DNA from: an archaeon
Lineage (GTDB): Archaea; Iainarchaeota; Iainarchaeia; Iainarchaeales; Iainarchaeaceae
Reading direction: 5' to 3'
DNA length: 13,418 nucleotides
Assembly: GCA_035289485.1 (NCBI GenBank)
Contig: DATDXA010000052.1
Coordinates: 1-13,418 of the forward strand
Below, in pieces: positions 1 to 5,853 of the stretch. How positions within the stretch are numbered: position 1 is the first letter of the stretch; each line of letters opens with the position of its first letter. A program made the position numbers and the translations under genes. The notes beneath the pieces are model-generated. The model did no database searches, was not told the DNA's origin, and saw only the letters and a list, made by a program, of their open reading frames with translations.

Positions 1-270
1 GGCAAGGTGAATGTGACCGATGAAGGAACAACCCCTCCTGCGCACTACAACGCAACTGTGAGCAACGGAGCAGTCACACAAGTTTCCACTGGCGATGCGC
101 AGAACCCGAAATATACTGTGGTTGTTTCCGCATCTGCGAGCGCGGCGATTAAAGCATCATCCGACCCGCTAAAGGAAGCTTTGAAGCAATACAAGAACGG
201 GCAGGTAACGGTTACTACAAATGACATCATTGCGAACCTGCAGCTGTTTGTGTTCAAGTTCTTTATCTGA
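1..270 (+). CDS. C-terminal part of a hypothetical protein, possibly SCP2-like fold; 5' end lies outside the window
   Basis: Frame is open from base 1 (GGC AAG GTG...) to TGA at 268-270. The pattern 'V.NGAV..V..G....P..TV......A....DP...L..Y.NG.V.V' loosely resembles SCP2-like domains. Confidence 0.6.
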   Translation, partial: GKVNVTDEGTTPPAHYNATVSNGAVTQVSTGDAQNPKYTVVVSASASAAIKASSDPLKEALKQYKNGQVTVTTNDIIANLQLFVFKFFI

Positions 271-276
271 GAAAGT

Positions 277-669
277 TTAATCCTTTGGGATTGCCCGTTG
301 ATCTTTTAATTGACGCAACCTAGCCTTATGAAAAGTCTTCTTACTAGTATCTTCATCTCTGACAAGCCTTAACGGGTCAGAACTCGCCCCTCTTGCATCG
401 ATTATTTCATCAAATAGCAGCCTGCGCACATCTTTCAAAAACCTAAATTGCCGCTCATAAGATTCACGAAAATCGCGTTTATCAGCAGGGCTGGATTTTT
501 TCCACTTCTGCCGGAGAGCATGAAGTTTGAGTTCAATCTTTTTTTTATCAGAGATAGCTATCTTTAGATCATAAACACTAGCGCCAGGATTGAATTCTTT
601 CCAGCCGCGCATTTGCAGAAGTCTTTCACGAGCAGCCTTAGAAATTTTTAGAGGAATCCTTCGCGCCAT
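277..669 (-). CDS. Basic K/R-rich hypothetical protein (130 aa, MARRIPLK...)
   Basis: The track ORF 277-747 overlaps tRNA-Gln. The in-frame ATG at 669 avoids the overlap and has an AT-rich TATA-like stretch (TTTATCAATAA on minus, ~699-689) upstream. No family recognised. Confidence 0.6.
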   Translation of the reverse strand: MARRIPLKISKAARERLLQMRGWKEFNPGASVYDLKIAISDKKKIELKLHALRQKWKKSSPADKRDFRESYERQFRFLKDVRRLLFDEIIDARGASSDPLRLVRDEDTSKKTFHKARLRQLKDQRAIPKD

Positions 670-708
670 AAAGCATAAGTGAATTCCTTTATTGATAAAT
701 ATTAGCAT

Positions 709-781
709 TAGCCCCGCCCGGATTCGAACCGGGGTATTCAGGTCCAAAGCCTGACATCCTTGGCCACTAGACGACGGGGCT
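709..781 (-). tRNA. tRNA-Gln (anticodon UUG)
   Basis: Minus strand reads AGCCCCG TC GTCTAGTGGCCAAGGAT G TCAGG CT-TTG-GA CCTGA ATAC CCCGG TTCGAAT CCGGG CGGGGCT A. Full cloverleaf, anticodon at 747-745, A1-U72 pair typical of archaeal tRNA-Gln, CCA not encoded. Confidence 0.97.
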
Positions 782-819
782 GTATCTTGCCTTCTACTCT
801 TGCCCTCTTTCTTTTTCCC

Positions 820-859
820 CAGGCTTTTTCTTTCTCTGCAAGGAGAAAGAAAAAGGCTG
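820..859. repeat. Inverted repeat / hairpin (13-bp perfect stem, one mismatch, then 3 bp; loop TGCAAG)
   Basis: CAGGCTTTTTCTTTCTC (820-836) is complementary to GAGAAAGAAAAAGGCTG (843-859) at 16 of 17 positions. Confidence 0.85.
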
Positions 860-874
860 CTAGGCGACGGGGCT
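860..874 (-). repeat. Direct repeat of the first 15 nt of tRNA-Gln
   Basis: CTAGGCGACGGGGCT (860-874) matches CTAGACGACGGGGCT (767-781) at 14 of 15 positions. Confidence 0.85.
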
Positions 875-955
875 AAATTGCACTTAATTATGTGCTGCGC
901 ATAAGGTTTTTAACGCAAAGCAGCAATGCTAGCTATAGCACTTGAAAGGGTTTTT

Positions 956-1660
956 ATGCAAGCAAAACTTTCAGGCCCACTGCCAGGGTCATTTTTTGGC
1001 AAGGTCGTGCTCGAACCATCTTCCATATCGCTACTCGCTTCAAATCTTCTTGTAATAGCACTTGCGGTGCTGCAGAACTGGAGCATTCTAACAATCATGC
1101 TCATTTACTGGATGCAGAGCGTAACAATTGGGATTTTCACATTTGCAAAGATTATGCTCATGAGAAACTACTCTAACGAAACGGTTTACATAAACGGCAA
1201 GCCCACAGAGCTCGCCGGCATGGGCTTTTTGGCTGGAAAAATTTTCATGGCAGGATTTTTTGCGGTTCATTACGGGACGTTCCATTTGGTGTACCTTGTA
1301 TTTATGCTCGGGTTTGCATTCTCAACGCCCGAATTTGGCGGGCCTGCCACAGGAATAGATTTTACAGGCGCATTCGCAACAGGGCTTTTATTCTTTCTAA
1401 ACCACCTTTTCTCATTTGTGCAAAACTACAGGCGCGACATCAATTATTCAAGCGGGGTAAGCGACATTGGCGCAACATTCATGGCGCCATACGCGAGAAT
1501 TATACCAATGCACCTGACAATCATTTTCGGCTTTGGCTTCTCATTCATTTTTCCAGGGAGCATATTCCCGCTCGTGCTTTTCATGCTGCTAAAAACATAT
1601 GCAGACCTTGCAACCCATTCAAATAAGCACTTTGTTGGAAACAGCACAGCAAGCCAATAA
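956..1660 (+). CDS. DUF6498-like multi-pass membrane protein
   Basis: Hydrophobic ORF with the motifs YWxQSxxIG, FFxxHYGxFHxVY and PYxRIIPMH that I associate with DUF6498. Start is ATG 956 or 926. Confidence 0.8.
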   Translation: MQAKLSGPLPGSFFGKVVLEPSSISLLASNLLVIALAVLQNWSILTIMLIYWMQSVTIGIFTFAKIMLMRNYSNETVYINGKPTELAGMGFLAGKIFMAGFFAVHYGTFHLVYLVFMLGFAFSTPEFGGPATGIDFTGAFATGLLFFLNHLFSFVQNYRRDINYSSGVSDIGATFMAPYARIIPMHLTIIFGFGFSFIFPGSIFPLVLFMLLKTYADLATHSNKHFVGNSTASQ

Positions 1661-1681
1661 AATGGCAATATTGGCTGTTTT
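1652..1681 (+). terminator. Possible hairpin + T-tract terminator after the DUF6498-like gene
   Basis: AGCCAATA (1652-1659) pairs with TATTGGCT (1669-1676) and is followed by GTTTT. Confidence 0.35.
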
Positions 1682-1766
1682 AGGCATTGCCGCTTCACAG
1701 CCTTTAAAAGAGTTTGCGAGTAGAATTCACTTTTAGCAAAGCCTGTTTTAAGGCTAAATTAAATTT

Positions 1767-1867
1767 GGAAGAGTGGCGCAGCCTGGTAGCGCACATGACT
1801 GATAACATCAGTAAAATGCAGTATGTCAGCAATCATGTGGTCGCAGGTTCAAATCCTGCCTCTTCCA
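1767..1867 (+). tRNA. tRNA-Ile (anticodon GAU) with a 27-nt intron at position 37/38 (intron 1805-1831)
   Basis: Acceptor stem GGAAGAG/CTCTTCC, D-arm GCGC..GCGC, anticodon stem CATGA/TCATG, CT-GAT-A, T-arm GCAGG-TTCAAAT-CCTGC. Canonical bulge-helix-bulge: CTGA (1799-1802)/TCAG (1826-1829) helix with 3-nt bulges TAA (1803-1805) and CAA (1830-1832). Confidence 0.95.
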
Positions 1868-1872
1868 TTTTA

Positions 1873-2991
1873 CTACGACAGATAAGAGTTAATCGCCCCC
1901 ATCAATTTTTTCTGCTTATCCAAGCCGATGAATCCGATTCGCTCATAAAATTTTATGAGGTTTTGTTTTCCGCTTATTTTTAATTCATAGTATTTTTCCT
2001 TGTAAGGGCCATGAAATTTGCATTCAATCTCAAAACACTTCAGCAGCTCAATCAATTCGAGCACGCCGTTCTTGTTTATCAGCATCATGCTTATCACTCG
2101 GTCTAGGTTTTTTCCATGAGGACTGAACACGACACTTCCCTCATCATCAAAGAAAGCCCGAAGGTAGCTAGCCTTGGCATTAGCATCCCCTGTTTTGACA
2201 AAATATGGAACTTCCCAGTCTATTGAGTAAAACTTTATGCCTCGAAGGAATTTTTTGACGCCTTTATTTGCAAACCCGGCACAATAAAGCCCTGGTTGCT
2301 TACAAGTCCGCCAAGGCTTTACTTTAAACAATTTCAGTGCAACATCAGAAAACTCGAATATTAAATGCAAATTCTGATTAGCGTAGGAAAATGTATTGGT
2401 ATTTTTGGGCTGGCAACCGTCCGCCTGCACATGCGCAATGAATTTTGCCAAGTTTTCACAAAAACCCGCACCGGCCTGATGTTCTATCGGATAATATTCT
2501 TCGACGGACTTCACACGAATTTTTTCTTTTGGCTGTTTCAGAAAGGTATGTATTATTCCATTTCTAATATCAGTTCTGTGTAAATTTTTGACACGCTTTA
2601 TTTCCCTTATTCTGGCGAAATAAGTAGCCCTTTCATCAATCAGGCTGGATGCCGCAAATCCGCCTTTTCTTGCACCCCAATTCAGCGGCATCTCTTTTTC
2701 TATGAATTTCTTAAATTCATTCGCGCTTTCATCGACAGATATGAGTTTTTGGAAAGTTGACAATCTGATATTGTTCTTTTCTGAAAAATAATCTCTCGCA
2801 GTGGTTTTTGAAACCTTGATTAGCCGCCCGAATGCAGTAATGCCAAGTGAGTGTCTCTGCATAAAATTTGCCAACAGTTCCCTCTGCTTCCCTTTCTGGA
2901 AAACGAGCCTTTTGTCCTCTATTCTCCCACCACAACAAGAACGGTTTTCCGGCTTAAAAGGAAACTGGGGGAGTTCGGTGCCGGTGCGCAT
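1873..2991 (-). CDS. Free-standing two-motif LAGLIDADG endonuclease-family protein with N-terminal HTH
   Basis: LAGLIDADG helices LAKFIAHVQADG and YLRAFFDDEGSV, C-terminal 'Y.LKISG..NL..FYE.IGF...KQ.KL' signature, and an N-terminal XRE-like HTH (GITAFGRLIKVSKTTARDY). No intein splice motifs. Start uncertain: GTG 3003, ATG 2991 (TAATG overlap) or ATA 2922. Confidence 0.88.
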   Translation of the reverse strand: MRTGTELPQFPFKPENRSCCGGRIEDKRLVFQKGKQRELLANFMQRHSLGITAFGRLIKVSKTTARDYFSEKNNIRLSTFQKLISVDESANEFKKFIEKEMPLNWGARKGGFAASSLIDERATYFARIREIKRVKNLHRTDIRNGIIHTFLKQPKEKIRVKSVEEYYPIEHQAGAGFCENLAKFIAHVQADGCQPKNTNTFSYANQNLHLIFEFSDVALKLFKVKPWRTCKQPGLYCAGFANKGVKKFLRGIKFYSIDWEVPYFVKTGDANAKASYLRAFFDDEGSVVFSPHGKNLDRVISMMLINKNGVLELIELLKCFEIECKFHGPYKEKYYELKISGKQNLIKFYERIGFIGLDKQKKLMGAINSYLS

Positions 2992-3140
2992 TAAAACCAC
3001 CACGCGAAAGAAATTCCTAGGAAAAAGCCGATTGTGCAGTTGAGAACAAAATCGGCTTGCTTTGGAAAACCAAAGAATTCCAGAATCGCAACGGAGTAAA
3101 TAATTCCTGCTCCAAGCAAAATGATTGAGAGAGGATTCAT
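2991..3140 (-). CDS. Small 49-aa two-TM membrane protein (not in ORF track)
   Basis: MNPLSIILLGAGIIYSVAILEFFGFPKQADFVLNCTIGFFLGISFAWWF*. GGAGG SD upstream, ATGA overlap with the upstream ORF, TAATG overlap with the LAGLIDADG ORF. Confidence 0.6.
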   Translation of the reverse strand: MNPLSIILLGAGIIYSVAILEFFGFPKQADFVLNCTIGFFLGISFAWWF

Positions 3141-3241
3141 TTTGAATCCTCCTTCATGTTCGCGAGTATTTGTGCGAATGTCCTGCCTTCTGCAAAAGGG
3201 CTTCCCCTCTGCGTTACTTTAGTTTGATAATGAAAACTCAT
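3137..3241 (-). CDS. Small 34-aa leader ORF (not in ORF track)
   Basis: MSFHYQTKVTQRGSPFAEGRTFAQILANMKEDSK*. Strong SD GGAGGTGA (3254-3247) just upstream of ATG 3241. Its stop overlaps the next ATG. Confidence 0.5.
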   Translation of the reverse strand: MSFHYQTKVTQRGSPFAEGRTFAQILANMKEDSK

Positions 3242-3481
3242 TCCAATCACCTCCAGCGCGGAAAACGAGTTTTTCCTAAAAAAAGCCGGTTACGGGCTTT
3301 GGGCGTATTAAATCCCTACAGCCCAAGCGACCCTTCCCAAGAAGGGGAAGGGTTTAAACGCACAAAGACCGAGGCTTTTGGAAAAACTCGGGGCTGGAGG
3401 TGGAAGGAGTTTCCATAGTTTAATGACCGGCACCTTAATAGAACCAAAAACCTATTTAATCGGAAGAATTACAATGGTTAC

Positions 3482-4360
3482 ATGTTCTCTGTTTGTGTGC
3501 CCGTTTATAGGGAGGAGGGCGCAATGCGCTTCATTGCGGATGAAATAAGAAAACAAGGCATCTGGAAGGAAAACAAGGACAAGGAACTCATCTTCTGCAT
3601 AAATGGAACAGGGGAACCTGGTTATGACAACAGCGTCAAGATTGCTGAAGAATTAGCTAAGGAGGATCCGGCCATTAAGGTCATCACACTTCAAGAAAAA
3701 GGAAAAAACTACGCTTGCAATGAATTGGTAAGAAGAAGCCGCAAAGACTCTGAAGTGCTGTTTTTCATCGATGCCGATGTAAAGTTAAGAGAAGGAACAT
3801 TAGATGCACTTAACAGAGCCCTTATTGGAAACCCTAGGCTTGCGGCAGCCGGAGCCATATCAGTTTTTGCAAAAGAGCCTACAAAAAAACATGAGTTTCT
3901 GAAAAGGCGCATTATGGATTCCAAGAATGATCCGGCTAGCTCGACACAGAGGGTAATAAACGGCAGATGTTATGCAATCAGGAAAAGCGAGGCAGAAAAA
4001 ATAAGAATGCCAAAGGACCAGCGAATCCATGAAGACGATTTTTTAACCCTAAAATTATGGGACAGGTTCAGGGTAGTCAAGGAAGCGGTTGTTTATTCCC
4101 ATGCCCCGAATGTGGCAGACGCCCTTAGACTCCAGAGAAGAACAGAAGTGTCAAGCACCCTGCTTAGAAGAAATTATCCTAAACTAGCCCCAATACTTGA
4201 TGGCCTCATAAGCACACCCGTGCCGTTCAAAGGAAGACAAATAAGACGGGTTATGAAAACTGGAGTAAGTATGTTCAGGAAAGTTTCAGGGAAAGTGGCG
4301 TTAATGCATGGTGTTGATACCTGGCCGAAAATGAAATCCACAAAACGCCCGTGGAAATAA
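3482..4360 (+). CDS. Glycosyltransferase family 2 (GT-A fold)
   Basis: N-terminal SVCVPVYRE, 'GKNYACN', DxD motif FFIDADV, and downstream 'GRCYAIRK' and 'HEDDFL'. TATA-like TATTTAAT at 3453-3460. Confidence 0.88.
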   Translation: MFSVCVPVYREEGAMRFIADEIRKQGIWKENKDKELIFCINGTGEPGYDNSVKIAEELAKEDPAIKVITLQEKGKNYACNELVRRSRKDSEVLFFIDADVKLREGTLDALNRALIGNPRLAAAGAISVFAKEPTKKHEFLKRRIMDSKNDPASSTQRVINGRCYAIRKSEAEKIRMPKDQRIHEDDFLTLKLWDRFRVVKEAVVYSHAPNVADALRLQRRTEVSSTLLRRNYPKLAPILDGLISTPVPFKGRQIRRVMKTGVSMFRKVSGKVALMHGVDTWPKMKSTKRPWK

Positions 4361-4362
4361 CC

Positions 4363-4899
4363 CTAAATTTCTTCCCACACCTCAACAAAGTTATCCACCA
4401 TCTCATCTAGGAAACTTCTGCGGTAATCAACAAGCAGCGTTGCAACGCGGTCCTTGTCTGCGACCTTGAAATAAGTCCTTCTCCCGCGCTTCGCCTTCTC
4501 AACTATTCCGCTCTCTGAGAGCTTGTCAAGATGCCATGAAGTTGTAGAAGGGCTCAGGGCAACGCCTGAGGAAATGGTTGTGTTGGTTGCAAAGCGCTTT
4601 TGCGTGAGAAACACAATAATTTTTCTCATGCTCTCCTGCCGCAGAAGCGACATAAGCTCCGTGTCCTCAAAATCCTGCCTCACAAGGTAGTAGCGCATGA
4701 ACTTTGTTTCCTTCTCGGTTTTGAGAAGGTGGCGCTTTACCAAAAAATCCAGGTGGTATTGCAGAGCGCCCGTTGCGATTCCAACACGCCTCTGAAGCTC
4801 GCGAAAATGAAGGCCGGGATTGCGCTTTATGGTGTTGTAGATTTTTTTCCGGATATCAAGCTGCAGCGCAGACTCAAGCACGTCATCCATTGCCACCAC
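4363..4899 (-). CDS. Double winged-HTH transcriptional regulator (archaeal COG3398/HVO_0163-like)
   Basis: Two ArsR/MarR-like wHTH units: R.KIY..I..NPGLHFREL...VGIATGALQYHL..L and R.I...L......T...IS..V.LSPSTTSWHL.KL...GIV. ATG 4890 with GGTG SD is an alternative start. Confidence 0.88.
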   Translation of the reverse strand: MVAMDDVLESALQLDIRKKIYNTIKRNPGLHFRELQRRVGIATGALQYHLDFLVKRHLLKTEKETKFMRYYLVRQDFEDTELMSLLRQESMRKIIVFLTQKRFATNTTISSGVALSPSTTSWHLDKLSESGIVEKAKRGRRTYFKVADKDRVATLLVDYRRSFLDEMVDNFVEVWEEI

Positions 4900-5300
4900 T
4901 AGTTCGCGTTTTCCTTTTCGAAAAACCTGCTCCAGGATTTACGGTAGAAAAGCGCGACGAGAAGCGAGAGCAATATCCCAAGCTCGAAAATGTTCTCAAC
5001 GGAATCCGATATGAAGTTGCCAGGCGAATAATAAATATCAATAATCTTCACGGCCCACTTTAGCGTGAAAAGCAGGAATGCGATTGAAACAAGCAGGATG
5101 CGCTTTGATTTTGACTTGGAATATGCGAGCACAGAAACTGAAAAAATCGCAAGTGAGAGCAGGAACACGACAACTTTTACAGGGAGATCAAGTGACTCTG
5201 CTAGCTGGACTTCGAGCCTTAAATAATCCCATAAATTATCCTGCGCAAAAACCGCAGAGGAGAGCAGCACCAAAAATAAAACAGGGAGGAACTTTTTCAT
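4899..5300 (-). CDS. Small membrane protein (signal peptide + ~3 TM) coupled to the wHTH regulator
   Basis: MKK + hydrophobic stretch + VFA signal, three further hydrophobic segments. Its stop abuts or overlaps the regulator start. Confidence 0.8.
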   Translation of the reverse strand: MKKFLPVLFLVLLSSAVFAQDNLWDYLRLEVQLAESLDLPVKVVVFLLSLAIFSVSVLAYSKSKSKRILLVSIAFLLFTLKWAVKIIDIYYSPGNFISDSVENIFELGILLSLLVALFYRKSWSRFFEKENAN

Positions 5301-5327
5301 ATTACCACTTTAATGGATAACCAAAAA

Positions 5328-5383
5328 GAAGAAAAAAGGAACAAAGGGAGGTGTGAGGTGAATATAGCCTTTGGTTCCTCTTC
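5328..5383 (-). terminator. Hairpin + U-tract (attenuator or small RNA) upstream of the 5300 gene
   Basis: GGAACAAAGG (5338-5347) pairs with CCTTTGGTTCC (5368-5378, one bulge). On the minus strand it is followed by TTTTTTCTTCTTTTT, and the palindromic TATA ATTTATAAAT lies at 5404-5413. Confidence 0.45.
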
Positions 5384-5592
5384 TGTACACATTGCCTTTG
5401 GCCATTTATAAATCAATTTTGGTACAACAACTATAAACCGTGTGAATAATGTACAAAAATTGCTTATTTTGCCGTTTTCCTTACTGAGTTAATATTAGGA
5501 CTCTAGGTAACTTTTAACCTCGGCACGCATCGAAAACTTTATTAACACTAAACACACTATATTTAGTGCAAACATCTTGGAGGTGTTTTTTC

Positions 5593-5835
5593 ATGGGTAG
5601 TGCAACTTTAACCTTGGCTATTCCGGACAAACTCAAGAAAGAGATTTCCGAAATAAAAGGAGTAAATTGGAGTGAAGAAACCAGACAATTTTTAGAGGAG
5701 CGTGTAAAGCGGCTCAAAATCCTCAAAAAGCTTGACGAACTCACCAAAGACAGCGACCTCACAGAGGAAGATGTAGTTGAGTTTGGGGACAAGATAAAAA
5801 GAGGAATTGCAAAAAGGCACGGTTTGGAAGCTTGA
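5593..5835 (+). CDS. Antitoxin, RHH/CopG-like (VapB-type)
   Basis: GGAGGTG SD at 5579-5585 before ATG 5593. 'TLTLAIPDKLKKEI.....VNWSE..R.FL' is an archaeal RHH antitoxin pattern. Lies directly upstream of a PIN gene. Confidence 0.8.
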   Translation: MGSATLTLAIPDKLKKEISEIKGVNWSEETRQFLEERVKRLKILKKLDELTKDSDLTEEDVVEFGDKIKRGIAKRHGLEA

Positions 5836-5853
5836 ATTGGAAAGTGATTCTCC

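Larger units (their letters stand above)
2969..3434. ncRNA. Putative structured RNA / cis-element, copy 1 (LAGLIDADG-associated)
   Basis: Contains the 20-nt motif shared with 11248-11267, several local hairpins (3025-3058, 3060-3075, 3131-3151), a long hairpin 3230-3416 whose apex covaries with copy 2, and ends that pair with each other. Strand and transcription not demonstrated. Confidence 0.55.

Noticed and set aside
670..747. N-terminal extension of ORF 277-747
   Set aside because: It overlaps tRNA-Gln on the same strand; ATG 669 is the more plausible start.
1794..1803. Reading the intron-containing tRNA as tRNA-Met (CAT at 1794)
   Set aside because: CATGA is the anticodon stem and pairs with TCATG at 1833-1837. 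The loop reads CT-GAT-A, so it is Ile.
1714..1983. 89-aa + strand ORF
   Set aside because: It runs through the tRNA-Ile gene and antisense into the LAGLIDADG gene, so it is spurious.
1873..3003. LAGLIDADG ORFs as inteins
   Set aside because: There are no Hint-domain blocks, no terminal His-Asn and no flanking extein. Both ORFs end in their own stop codons.
3170..3418. 82-aa + strand ORF
   Set aside because: It spans the long hairpin, has no SD and no recognisable protein features, and has no counterpart in copy 2.
2965..3434. SRP RNA, RNase P RNA or group I intron as the identity of the structured element
   Set aside because: I could not find the SRP helix-8 motif, the RNase P GAGGAAAGUCC P4 motif or group I core sequences, and the element does not interrupt a host gene. 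An Rfam scan is still needed.
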